64,000 nucleotides of DNA from Epithemia pelagica (lineage: Eukaryota; Protista; Bacillariophyta): the NCBI GenBank assembly GCA_946965045.2, contig OX337230.1, positions 1,674,001 to 1,738,000 of the forward strand. The letters are read 5' to 3'. Positions 45,901-57,139 of this stretch are shown piece by piece; positions within the stretch are counted from its first letter, which is position 1; the number at the start of each line of letters is the position of its first letter. The position numbers and the translations under genes are program-made. The notes beneath the pieces were generated by a model. The model was not told where the DNA came from. It worked only from the letters and a program-made list of their open reading frames with translations, and did no database searches.

Positions 45901-48900
45901 TGACACCCAGCATTGCCAAGCGTTGCTCAAATCCATCATATCCCAATGCGCCGTCAAACAACAACATGCGTGGCCGTAAACCACCTCTACGTAGGATAGC
46001 CACAGTCTTTTTGATGGAGGCCATCAGAGTGTCTTCGTTTAAACGAGGTAGGGCGTCCACGGTGCCAAATTGGATCTTGAGCGTGGTGGCGAGAAGAAAT
46101 GGTATGCCATTGACGTGCATCACGTCCATGGCCATGGTTACGTCTTGATGCTCCAACAGGATTGGTGGGGGTATAGCTTGTTCGGTATCCACAATCGGCG
46201 ACTTGCGTCGCACGGTTTTGCCCTTACGGCTCCCAAGGTCAGGACCGTACAGTTTCTCGGCCCTCCTTATGTCTTGACTATTGATAGGCACATTCGGGAG
46301 TAGATTCCCTTCCACGATCTTGATGAATTCCCTTGTGGCAGGACGACCTATCTGCCCCTGTATACGCCTAGCCAGTTTGGCTCTACTGACTTCTTGAGGG
46401 GTGAAAGATTCTTCGTTTTCTTTTACAGTAGTTAAGAAACTACCATGGTGTAACTGATTGACGTCAAGAAAGAAGAGACCTTCGGGGCTTTGGTTGTACG
46501 TGTGCTTTAATCGCCCAGATGAAGGATCATACAATTTGAAAGAGTTGCCGTTTACGCTATCATAGTGGATTGAAAATCTTGCCTTGGCAAGGTGGAGAGA
46601 AAGTATATTAGCTGGGCCCTCGGGGTCGAACCATACCAGGCCATACCCGGGCAGTAGGGCCTGTTGGTTAAGTTCTCGACTCCCAGCATGACTTGAAATA
46701 AGAATGGGTTGTTCGCTTGTGTGTATATTTTTTAGAATGGACGGGTTTGCTATGATGTCGACCGTAGATTGATTGTCGAGCAACACCCAATTAGGAGGAA
46801 CGGCGCCCTGTAATGAAGTGGACGTGAAAGAGAATGCAGGTGAGATACTTGATTCGTGCTCGTTGTGAAAAGTCACTGAGGGTACATAACTATGTCCCCT
46901 GTTACCTGTGTTGGTTGATCCGGCACCGCTATCCTCTGCGCCGTTGTTGCCATCAGGAGTCTGTTCTTGACACGTTGTAGTGGTGGTGGTCAATGTTGTT
47001 CCAGTGAGCGTGTTGTCATCGCTTTCTCGCGTATGATATGCCACTCCGGTGCCTTGACTGTCTTGGTTGTGACGTCCTTGTCCCTGTGCTTGGCGATTAC
47101 CGTGCATACGGTTATCGATGATCGCGAAAGCATCTGCAAGTGTTGCAGGATAATGATTGCTGCCGTCAAGGAAAGAGTTCTGCAGGTGTGACTCATAGTC
47201 CTTTTCACCGCATGTGCGGATGAAACGAACAGCCACACAACGATCTTGAGCTGTTGTCTTGTCTATCTCGTTGGGTGTGGTTCGAGTTTTGCTTTTTGCC
47301 TTCATGATTTCTTCTACAAAGTCCTCATCGTATAGTTTGATGTTGAGTTCCTCCAAGACTTTATATTTCGCCCGAAATACTTCGTAATACGACTGCAACG
47401 ACTGATTCTGCTTGCGTCGCAAACCATAGAATTCCTCCTTCAGACGATCACGGGTCACAGCCGTATAGAGTCTTGTTGAGTCATACGTGAAAGTCGTCTG
47501 TTTAATCAAACTCAACAGAGCCACGCCATCACGCTCTTGAAATACTTGTTCGTAGGCGGCTTTAGCTTTCATCTTGTCCTTCAATAAGGGCGTGCTGTTA
47601 GAATTCTCACCGTCTATGGTGGTTAGATTCTACATCTCATCGATTCCCCATGTCACATAGCCTCGTGCTATCGCATCATGCCCTCTAGCTTCGAGCTATG
47701 TTTCCTAGCTTCGCGCTATATCGACCTATATTTCTTCGCAAATCATGAAAAGTGAGAATAGATTGACGAACTCACTCTCAAGACTAAACTGGGTCGTGCG
47801 GTATTACAACGGACATAAATTTGGCCGTTGCTCGGACATTATACTAACGCCCTAAGCGTACGCGCCCGAAATCATCGAGCGCGCCCAAGCGACATCCGAG
47901 CGCTATCGGCATCTATCCGATCCAACGGTCTAAGTATCCCAAGCACGACACACGATCACGCGAGACCATATTTCCATTCCCACAATCTCCAAATTGTCAA
48001 CAAGCTGCGCGCCATGAAAACAACTATGCCAACCCAAAGCAAGAGCTGTTGACCCTGTATATGTTATCCGCCCACATATACATGTCATATACATCACATG
48101 AATCAACTCCAACTATTCCAAACCTGTTGCCGCCAAGAACCTATGACACATGACCCTTGGCAGGACCGAACATTTCACGTAGACCTATCGTAGTAATCAA
48201 CACACAATCTAACAATATCACCATTTATCACATCCTCTTTTGTGTCCCGACTATCCTTCTGATAGACTTCGACTTGCTTGCTTCTCTGACCCTGAGAAGC
48301 TTGTATCGGTTGGTGACCTACCTGATTGTCTGCTCTACCGAGCATCAATGTCCCTACGATTCAGAAAGAATTGTAACAGATTAACAGTCTCAAAGCTTAT
48401 TTCCTTGTGGTTTCATGGATACTAACGAGATTATCACTCCTGTACGACAGATCTATCGAGCCAACCTGCATCCCGGGCAGCCCGATACCCTGGTGCAGCA
48501 GGAACTGGTGCCGACGCCGAAGGCAGCCAACACATCGGTCAACATCTCCGTCGACAGTTCCAACAGCAACCCATTCGAGACTCCAACCCAGCCTCACGCT
48601 CCAATCCCTGCGCCGTTGCTTCGGCCCCCGAGTCCGCCTCGTCGGCTCGTCCCTTCTCGATCCCGTCGTACCACCCGGTTGATTGCTGATCATATCAAGT
48701 ACTTCCGCCAACCAACTTGTTCGACCTTCGATCCCGAGATCATCCGTGGGGAGACCCAGATCGAACGCCAGTTCCAATCGGTGACTCACATCGTCGACCA
48801 AGAAGACATTGACCGTCTGAACGACCAACTTCATCGTTCTCCGAGGCGTCGCCTCATCTTTGCCGCCCTCTCGGGCAACCCCATCCGTACTGTCCACCTC

Positions 48901-51900
48901 CGCTTCCTAACCTTCGAGCGCCCAACTGGATACTACAATACCATCCACGTCGTGAACACGACGACTTGCCCTCTGCCTCCTAACGTTGTACGCCTAGATA
49001 ACTACGTTGCCTACATCCACGAGGTCCATACCATCGAGGACCATCGTGCAACTATCTACCCTTTGCGTACCGAGGTCGAGAACCACCTGGCTGAAGGTGA
49101 TACCCCTTCTTCTGTTGCTTGTGCTACCCCATCTGAGCCTGGAAGCGACTCTGATCATTCGGAAGAGGGTGAGGATTCGGAGACCGAAGCTTAATTACTC
49201 ATAGTTAACTCCCGTCCTCTCAAAACTTTTCCAAGACTTAAACTCAACGCACATCCGGGTACCCTTGGTCGCACAACACGCCACACATTCCCGTCAAATC
49301 GCGAAAATTCGGCGAAAATTTGTTGAAACTCGGCGAAAATTTGTCGAAATCAACGGAAATTTCCAGGAGTCGCACATCACAACACACATCCGGGTATCAC
49401 ATACGTGGTACATACGTGGCACACGTGGTACATCCGGGTTCACATCACATCACACATTAAATAAACCACATCACACCGCACATTAAATAAACATCGAACC
49501 AACCAAATAACACCATGGATCCTCAATCACCCAAGACACCTACGACTCCTAAGGGAGAAGATAACCAAGACAATGTCTCGGACACAGACCTATTCGACCA
49601 CATCATATTTACTGTCTGCCAATTCTTCACCAAAGAAAGGGCCGACTACTTAATGAAGTGGATGAAATACCATGGTTTTGAGAACATTACCCATGTTATC
49701 TCGTATATGCAAACTAATACCGAGGAATCCATGAAGGAACTGACACAATACAAGGTCAACAAACAGACACATGATCTACAAGGCCCCACAAGACAGCAGA
49801 TCAAGCTCTTGGCTTATTGGGCCACATACAAGACCAATGAAATTCAAGACGAGCTATCCAATAGCGACTGGATGAACCTAACGAGGAAAGAGTTCAACAC
49901 TTGGAGGATCAACACAGATTTCTCTAAGGGACCACCTAGTCAAGTCCCAGTCTCGCCAATGAAGTCACCGTCATCTGTGAAATCTGTCAGCACAGTTACT
50001 GCCGCATCCCAATCTCAACAAGACCTTACAGCATTCAGAAAGGGAACTAAGCGCGACGCAACTGCATACGAGGTATTCAAGGATGAACGATACTACGATT
50101 CATTCTGGCGTGTATTCAAGACTACAGCTAAGGCTCAAGGCCTATCCAACGTCCTGAATTTCAAATACACACCACCCCATGATGATGAGTATGCCGAAGA
50201 ACTTTTTCAAGAGCAACAAGTATTTCTTTACTCCGTTCTTGTCCGTATCATTCAGACTGACCAAGGTCGAGCCTATGTACGTGAACATGAACATGATGAA
50301 GATGCGCGTGCCGTATTGCAGAAGTTACACTCTTTGCATACCGAATCCGACCTAGCAAAGCGAGAAGTCCTCCGCTTAACCAACTACATTTCCAATCTAC
50401 GTCTTGACGACACATGGCGCGGAACAACACGTCAATTTCTTCTACACTTTCAAGAGCAGCTACGTTTGCTAGACAATTTAGTGACATTGTCTGATCGCAT
50501 CCCTGATCATACCAGGATGACCTTCCTCATGCAAGCTGTAGAAAAGGTACCTGATCTCCGCCGAGTCAAGATCTTGGATAATGTGGTGAACACCAAATCC
50601 GGTGCAAAATCCCTTTGCTATCAATCATACTTCCGTCTCCTTCTAGACGCAGCTTATGACCATGATCAAGCAACCCAGTCATCTGTTCATAGTCGCCGTC
50701 GACATGTCAAACAACATGAATCACTATATGGCCAAGATACAGATGCTGACATAACCTCACAAGATGATATGGAGTATCATGTCCACAACACCAAAGCGAC
50801 ATCTGAATCTCCATCCTCTTCGTCCAAGGTTAGTCTACCGCGTGACCTATGGTTCAAACTTTCTGAAGAAGATCGCAAGTTGATCATTGAGTATAACAAG
50901 ATGATTCAAGCACCTTCATCAACAACACCGAGGACAGTGCAAACACATGCCCTCGACATTGATCCGGAACCTGATCCTGACCCCAACCAAGTTGCATCTG
51001 ATGACGACTCACCTGGCGTAGTCCCTGAGCATTCAGATGATTCAGATCCGGTTACACAATTTATCAACCAAGCCATGACGACTGATATCAATCACCCGGC
51101 AACTGACCTGACTAGTGTTCTTTCTAACGCCAAGTCCAAGACAAGCAAGAAGGTTACTTTCAAAACCAACATGCATAAACAAGCAGGACATGTTCCACGC
51201 TATCTGTTTTCCAGGAAATCTACTTTACCAGGGAATCAATTGATTGACCGTGGTGCTAATGGAGGACTTGCTGGTTCTGACATGCGCATCCTTTCTAAGA
51301 CTGGCCGTCATATCACTATTGTGGGTATTGATAACCATGAACTTACTGGACTTCCTGTCGTCACATGTGCCGCAAAGTTTGAGACCAATGATGGACCTAT
51401 TGTCGGCATCTTCAATGAATATGCTTATTATGGGAAGGGCTTATCTATCCATGCTCCTGGTCAATTCGAGCATTTCGGCCTTGCTGTTGATGAACGATCT
51501 GTTAAAGTTGATGGTAAACAACGCATCACTACACTTGATGGTCGTGCCATACCCCTTCACATCAAGGATGGGTTAGCCTACATCCACTCCTTGGGTATCC
51601 CCAGCGACGATGACATGGATACCTTACCTCAGATCATCTTTACGTCACCCGACACATGGGATCCTGGTGTTCTGGACCATTCGTATTCTCCCACACCCTC
51701 TGACAATGATCCTGATTGGAAACACGTCAAGACTGATGGTAGTATGTCGAACCATCCATATGACAACTATGGGGAGTACACTGATCGTGTTGTTTGTAAC
51801 CTCAATCTCCTTTTGGATCTCCCATATGATCATGGACCTGACGACGCACCCTTCTTTTCTATCTATGCTGACGCAGAAGGTAATGATCCTACACTTCATG

Positions 51901-54900
51901 CCTCTGTCCACCGTCGTTACCAGGAAGCGTATGACTGGAAGAAGTTCCGTCCATTCTTTGGTTGGCAATCTGAAGATGTTATTGCCGATACGTTCAAGCA
52001 CACTACACGTAATGGTAGCATTACTTTTGACCACGACACCCTCAAGAAACATTTCAAGGCTCGCAATCCGGTCCTTAACATACCTCGACGTCATGAACCC
52101 GTTGCTACTGACTCGGTTTTCTCCGACACCCCTGCTGTTGACCATGGCGGTAAAGTCGCACAAATCTTTGTTGGTCGAGATACTCTGGTTACTGATATCT
52201 ATGGGATCAAGTCAACCAAACAGTTTGTCAATACTCTCCAGGATAACATCCGGTTTCGTGGTGCCATGGAGACCCTTATCAGTGATGGTGGTTCATCTCT
52301 CATCTCTCACAAGGTCAAAGACATTCTTCGCACTTTGCTTATTGGGGAGTATCGATCTGAACCTTATCATCAACACCAGAATAAGGCTGAAAACCGTTAT
52401 CAGACCGTTAAACGTATGACCAACGCTCTCATGAATGCCACTGGTTGCCCTGCCAACACCTGGCTTCTTTGCCTTGAGTATGTCTGTGACTTATTGAACC
52501 ATACGTCATCACCCACCCACTCCGGTCGCACTCCTCTTGAGGCTCTCTCCGGACGCCCACCCGACATTACTCATCTCTTGTTCTTTCCTTTCTGGGATGA
52601 GGTTTACTACCGTGTCGACCCCGCTGAACCCAATTCCGGTTCATATCCATCTTCTTCTGATGAGAAACTTGGCCACTGGGTTGGTTTTGCTCACAACGTT
52701 GGTGATTCTTTTACTTGGAAGATTCTCACCCAGGATAACCAGATAATCTATCGTTCTGCCGTTCGCCGTGTTGCATCCACTACACCTAACCTACGTGTGG
52801 ATCGACCTTCAGGGGAGGATTCGTCTGAGAAGGATGACAATGATAAGCAAGCTGACACTGTCTTCATTCGCAGTGATAGTGAAGATCCATCCAAACCAAT
52901 GCCCACGATCGATTTTGACGACATGATAGGACGCACATTCCTATGCGACACAGAAGAAAATGGGGAGCGACACCGTGCACGTGTCATCAAACGAGTCATT
53001 GATCTTAATGAAGAAGCAACGAAACAGGAAGAACGTGTCAAGTACATTTACCGAAAGACAAATTCTGATGTTGATGAGATGATATCCTATAATCAACTCA
53101 TGGAGTATATCGAACGAGATAACCAAGCTCAAACCTCTGGAGATAATCTTTTCAGGTTCAGGGATGTCATTGCCCATCAAGGCCCACTGAACACAACTGA
53201 TCCAGATTACAAGGGGAGCAAATATAATTTGCTTGTTGATTGGGAAACTGGGGAGACTACCTATGAACCTTTATCACTCATCGCCAATGATGATCCGATC
53301 ACTGTAGCAATTTATGGAAAGAAACATGGTTTACTCAACGAACCTGGATGGAAGCATTTGAAACGTTATGTCAAAACAAGCAAACGTCTCATTCGAGCAG
53401 CCAAACAGTCAAGGATTAAACAAGTTCACCATTCCGTCAAGTATAAGTTTGGATTTCAAGTACCACGCAATTATGAGGAAGCTGTTGCTCTTGATAAACA
53501 ACATGGCAACACAAAGTGGCAGGATGCAACAGAATTAGAATTGTCACAGATCCAGTCCTACAAGACATTCAAGGATTTTGGGAAAGCCATCTTCATTAAA
53601 GGGAAAATATCCAATGCACCTGAAGGATATCATAAGATACGTGTGCATCTTGTCTTTGACGTAAAACATGATGGACGACATAAAGCAAGACTTGTCGCAG
53701 ATGGACATCTCACAAAAGAACCTGTTGAGACAATCTATTCAGGTGTTGTTTCCATTCGCAACCTCCGCATTGCCTTATTCCTGGGTACTTTGAATGACTT
53801 GGAAATATGGGGAGCAGATATTGGAAATGCATATCTGGAAGCCTTGACAGGGGAGAAAATTTTCATTGTCGCAGGACCTGAATTCAAGGAATTAGAAGGT
53901 CACATCCTGATTATATACAAGGCACTTTATGGATTGAAGTCATCAGGCGCACGCTGGCATGATGTCTTATTCGATGTTTTGACAGACATGGGTTTTTCAC
54001 CAAGCAAAGCAGATCCGGATATATGGATGAGGAAAGCACCTGGAGAAGACTGTTACGAATACATTGCCGTATACGTTGATGACTTAGCCATTATTTCTAC
54101 TGATCCTGGGAATATCTGCAAGATCCTGAAGGAGAAATACAACTTCAAACTCAAAGGAGATGGACCTATTGATTTCCATTTGGGATGTTGTTACACCAAG
54201 GATTCTGATGGAACATTCGTAGCAGATCCAAGACGCTACATTGGTAAGATGATGGACACTTTCGAACGAATCTTCAAGGAGAAACCCAAGAAAGCCAAAA
54301 CACCTCTTATTGGTGGAGACCATCCTGAATTGGATGATTCTGAGCTCCTTGATGAAGAAGGTACTAGCCATTTCCAAACTCTGATTGGACAACTCCAATG
54401 GGTGATCACTATTGGTCGTTTCGACGTCTTCACCGCTACAATGACGCTATCACGCTTTCGTGCTGCTCCGAGGAAAGGACATCTTGATAGAGCCAAGCGT
54501 ATCTATGGATACCTTGCACATCTCCCAGAAGGCGCAATCAGATTTAGGATTGGAGAGCCTGATTATTCAAGTCTTCCTACCCAAGAATTTGATTGGACTC
54601 GCACTGTCTATTCGAATGCAAGTGAACGTATTCCTGAAGACTGCCCAACACCTCTTGGCCGCTATGTTACCACAACTCATTATGTTGATGCCAATCTCAT
54701 GCATGACATAGTCACTGGTAAATCCGTCACTGCTGTTCTACATTTGTTGAACGGAACACCTATTGACTGGTACAGCAAGAGACAGAGCACGGTGGAAACT
54801 GCTACCTATGGATCCGAGTTTGTGGCTGCAAGGACAGCAATAGATCAGATTACAGAATTACGACATTCTCTCCGCTACCTTGGAGTACCTATCCGAGAGC

Positions 54901-56459
54901 GAAGTTACTTGTACGGAGATAACAGATCTGTTGTGCTCAATGCAACCGTTCCTCACTCCATACTATCCAAGAGACACCATCTTCTGTCATACCACCGAGT
55001 TCGTGAAGCCATCGCAGCAAAGTATGTTGCATTCTACTGGAAAGATGGAAAGACCAACCCTGCCGATATCCTTAGCAAACATTGGGATTTCGTATCTATT
55101 TGGCCCATGCTCAAGCCATTGTTGTTTTGGAAAGGAGAAGTTCAAGATCTCAACAAATCCAATGATGACAAGGCTGAAACGACGAGTTGTGGGGAGTGTT
55201 AGAATTCTCACCGTCTATGGTGGTTAGATTCTACATCTCATCGATTCCCCATGTCACATAGCCTCGTGCTATCGCATCATGCCCTCTAGCTTCGAGCTAT
55301 GTTTCCTAGCTTCGCGCTATATCGACCTATATTTCTTCGCAAATCATGAAAAGTGAGAATAGATTGACGAACTCACTCTCAAGACTAAACTGGGTCGTGC
55401 GGTATTACAACGGACATAAATTTGGCCGTTGCTCGGACATTATACTAACGCCCTAAGCGTACGCGCCCGAAATCATCGAGCGCGCCCAAGCGACATCCGA
55501 GCGCTATCGGCATCTATCCGATCCAACGGTCTAAGTATCCCAAGCACGACACACGATCACGCGAGACCATATTTCCATTCCCACAATCTCCAAATTGTCA
55601 ACAAGCTGCGCGCCATGAAAACAACTATGCCAACCCAAAGCAAGAGCTGTTGACCCTGTATATGTTATCCGCCCACATATACATGTCATATACATCACAT
55701 GAATCAACTCCAACTATTCCAAACCTGTTGCCGCCAAGAACCTATGACACATGACCCTTGGCAGGACCGAACATTTCACGTAGACCTATCGTAGTAATCA
55801 ACACACAATCTAACAATATCACCATTTATCACATCCTCTTTTGTGTCCCGACTATCCTTCTGATAGACTTCGACTTGCTTGCTTCTCTGACCCTGAGAAG
55901 CTTGTATCGGTTGGTGACCTACCTGATTGTCTGCTCTACCGAGCATCAATGTCCCTACGATTCAGAAAGAATTGTAACACGTGCATTGCCCTAAGAGCAA
56001 ACTGAACAGGGAAGCACGGAAGTTCTCGTATAATAGCATCTGTTCTTGACGCGCTTTGTGGGCAAATTCCCATTCTTTCATTGCGATTACATCGCTTGTG
56101 TCTTTTGGTCGTTCAGGTGGATCTGGGTCATCGAGTCGCGACTGCTCCACCGCACGTTGAAAATGAATATTGTGCTTATCGAAGTTCGACCCAATGTACC
56201 CCACGAGCAATTCCACATTCCGTATGTACCTTTTCGCTTGGGGGTCTTCCGAGTAATCGAAAGTACATTCCTTAAGACTAGGCTCCTGACCTTGGAATTT
56301 GTTGCTGTTGCCACCATATCCGTTGTTGTTTCGGTTTCCTCGACCACGATTCCGTGAACCACGTGTTTGATTGTTTTGGCTTCGAGCACCTGTTGAATTA
56401 CTGCTTGGAGCAGCATCAGGGCGAGCATCATCACGGGTATTGGATCGATGGGAGCTCAT
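42905..56459 (-). CDS. Copia B Gag-Pol (1721 aa when rejoined: 56459-55980 plus 47590-42905)
   Basis: Removing C restores GGG CAA TGC ACG CCC TTA TTG (GQCTPLL) in frame. Protease LLDNQSTV, integrase DVMHV..TAQDEHVGAAER, RT IDIPGAF/WHIDD, RNase H ADASYA/STESE/ADFFTK. Confidence 0.92.
48415..49194 (+). CDS. Copia C upstream accessory ORF (259 aa, unknown)
   Basis: Clean ATG-TAA ORF between the PBS and gag-pol; Pro-rich N-terminus, central globular-looking part, acidic tail. Confidence 0.65.
   Translation: MDTNEIITPVRQIYRANLHPGQPDTLVQQELVPTPKAANTSVNISVDSSNSNPFETPTQPHAPIPAPLLRPPSPPRRLVPSRSRRTTRLIADHIKYFRQPTCSTFDPEIIRGETQIERQFQSVTHIVDQEDIDRLNDQLHRSPRRRLIFAALSGNPIRTVHLRFLTFERPTGYYNTIHVVNTTTCPLPPNVVRLDNYVAYIHEVHTIEDHRATIYPLRTEVENHLAEGDTPSSVACATPSEPGSDSDHSEEGEDSETEA
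49515..55202 (+). CDS. Copia C Gag-Pol (1895 aa, intact)
   Basis: Protease LIDRGANGG, integrase VATD..LISDGG..HQNKAE, RT ADIGNAY/YVDD, RNase H YVDAN/YGSEF/NPADILSK; the stop TAG is LTR nt 4-6. Confidence 0.96.
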   Translation: MDPQSPKTPTTPKGEDNQDNVSDTDLFDHIIFTVCQFFTKERADYLMKWMKYHGFENITHVISYMQTNTEESMKELTQYKVNKQTHDLQGPTRQQIKLLAYWATYKTNEIQDELSNSDWMNLTRKEFNTWRINTDFSKGPPSQVPVSPMKSPSSVKSVSTVTAASQSQQDLTAFRKGTKRDATAYEVFKDERYYDSFWRVFKTTAKAQGLSNVLNFKYTPPHDDEYAEELFQEQQVFLYSVLVRIIQTDQGRAYVREHEHDEDARAVLQKLHSLHTESDLAKREVLRLTNYISNLRLDDTWRGTTRQFLLHFQEQLRLLDNLVTLSDRIPDHTRMTFLMQAVEKVPDLRRVKILDNVVNTKSGAKSLCYQSYFRLLLDAAYDHDQATQSSVHSRRRHVKQHESLYGQDTDADITSQDDMEYHVHNTKATSESPSSSSKVSLPRDLWFKLSEEDRKLIIEYNKMIQAPSSTTPRTVQTHALDIDPEPDPDPNQVASDDDSPGVVPEHSDDSDPVTQFINQAMTTDINHPATDLTSVLSNAKSKTSKKVTFKTNMHKQAGHVPRYLFSRKSTLPGNQLIDRGANGGLAGSDMRILSKTGRHITIVGIDNHELTGLPVVTCAAKFETNDGPIVGIFNEYAYYGKGLSIHAPGQFEHFGLAVDERSVKVDGKQRITTLDGRAIPLHIKDGLAYIHSLGIPSDDDMDTLPQIIFTSPDTWDPGVLDHSYSPTPSDNDPDWKHVKTDGSMSNHPYDNYGEYTDRVVCNLNLLLDLPYDHGPDDAPFFSIYADAEGNDPTLHASVHRRYQEAYDWKKFRPFFGWQSEDVIADTFKHTTRNGSITFDHDTLKKHFKARNPVLNIPRRHEPVATDSVFSDTPAVDHGGKVAQIFVGRDTLVTDIYGIKSTKQFVNTLQDNIRFRGAMETLISDGGSSLISHKVKDILRTLLIGEYRSEPYHQHQNKAENRYQTVKRMTNALMNATGCPANTWLLCLEYVCDLLNHTSSPTHSGRTPLEALSGRPPDITHLLFFPFWDEVYYRVDPAEPNSGSYPSSSDEKLGHWVGFAHNVGDSFTWKILTQDNQIIYRSAVRRVASTTPNLRVDRPSGEDSSEKDDNDKQADTVFIRSDSEDPSKPMPTIDFDDMIGRTFLCDTEENGERHRARVIKRVIDLNEEATKQEERVKYIYRKTNSDVDEMISYNQLMEYIERDNQAQTSGDNLFRFRDVIAHQGPLNTTDPDYKGSKYNLLVDWETGETTYEPLSLIANDDPITVAIYGKKHGLLNEPGWKHLKRYVKTSKRLIRAAKQSRIKQVHHSVKYKFGFQVPRNYEEAVALDKQHGNTKWQDATELELSQIQSYKTFKDFGKAIFIKGKISNAPEGYHKIRVHLVFDVKHDGRHKARLVADGHLTKEPVETIYSGVVSIRNLRIALFLGTLNDLEIWGADIGNAYLEALTGEKIFIVAGPEFKELEGHILIIYKALYGLKSSGARWHDVLFDVLTDMGFSPSKADPDIWMRKAPGEDCYEYIAVYVDDLAIISTDPGNICKILKEKYNFKLKGDGPIDFHLGCCYTKDSDGTFVADPRRYIGKMMDTFERIFKEKPKKAKTPLIGGDHPELDDSELLDEEGTSHFQTLIGQLQWVITIGRFDVFTATMTLSRFRAAPRKGHLDRAKRIYGYLAHLPEGAIRFRIGEPDYSSLPTQEFDWTRTVYSNASERIPEDCPTPLGRYVTTTHYVDANLMHDIVTGKSVTAVLHLLNGTPIDWYSKRQSTVETATYGSEFVAARTAIDQITELRHSLRYLGVPIRERSYLYGDNRSVVLNATVPHSILSKRHHLLSYHRVREAIAAKYVAFYWKDGKTNPADILSKHWDFVSIWPMLKPLLFWKGEVQDLNKSNDDKAETTSCGEC

Positions 56460-56462
56460 GGC

Positions 56463-57107
56463 TTATACTTCACGTACTGCCAGATTCTTGCGGATGCGCT
56501 TGTGTTCTTCGTATTTCTTGTGGACTGGATTCCACACTTTCAACTTGTAGAAAGGTTTTCTTCCTCGACCAATCCCAACAACTTCTGCCTTCAAGAAGGT
56601 TCGCTCAATGATGCCTGACAACTTGAGTGGGTTGACGATCCAAACTGGAGTACCAATGGGAATATTGGTGGGAACGGTGCTAGCGTTAGCTGGTAGGGCC
56701 GGATAGTGGCACACGAACTCAATGCGTCCGTCCTCAAGTTCACGTATTTCGTCAACGAGGTCTGCTGTTCCGTCTCTGGACACTTCAGGGCTGGCGTTGA
56801 TTTCGGGAGGTACAGCTGGACTCGGTTCTTGTTCCGCTGTCTGTATTTCAGTAATAAGTGCACTCCGACGAGCTTGAATATCGTGGAAGATACGGTCCTT
56901 GGCTTCTCGAAGGACTGTCCGATCGTGATCCACCTCCGCGTGATAATTATCTTCCAACTCTCTTCGGGCTTCACGGAATGCTTCTTCGCGCTGTTGCACG
57001 TTGTGCTGGTGACGGCGGAGGACCGTATTCACCCGGTCTTGTTGTTCGATTGACAGTTGAGTCAATTTGTTTAACAGAACTGAAAGACGTGAGGGTTTTT
57101 CAGACAT
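56463..57107 (-). CDS. Copia B upstream accessory ORF0 (214 aa; coiled coil plus possible SH3/KOW-like barrel)
   Basis: First ATG after the PBS (57107); ends TAA GCC ATG, in frame with gag (ATG 56459). Confidence 0.65.
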   Translation of the reverse strand: MSEKPSRLSVLLNKLTQLSIEQQDRVNTVLRRHQHNVQQREEAFREARRELEDNYHAEVDHDRTVLREAKDRIFHDIQARRSALITEIQTAEQEPSPAVPPEINASPEVSRDGTADLVDEIRELEDGRIEFVCHYPALPANASTVPTNIPIGTPVWIVNPLKLSGIIERTFLKAEVVGIGRGRKPFYKLKVWNPVHKKYEEHKRIRKNLAVREV

Positions 57108-57139
57108 GTAACTATCGTAGTTCCCTTCAAAAATTGGTT

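Larger units (their letters stand above)
47596..55979 (+). mobile_element. Ty1/copia LTR retrotransposon C (inner, CoDi-like), full length
   Basis: 783-bp TG..CA LTRs at 47596-48378 and 55197-55979, identical by eye; TSD CGTGC (47591-47595, 55980-55984); PPT GGGGAG 55191-55196. Confidence 0.97.

Noticed and set aside
47828-48425. Small ORFs repeated at 55429-55994
   Set aside because: These are duplicates because they lie in the two LTRs of element C; several start at non-ATG codons and none has coding features.
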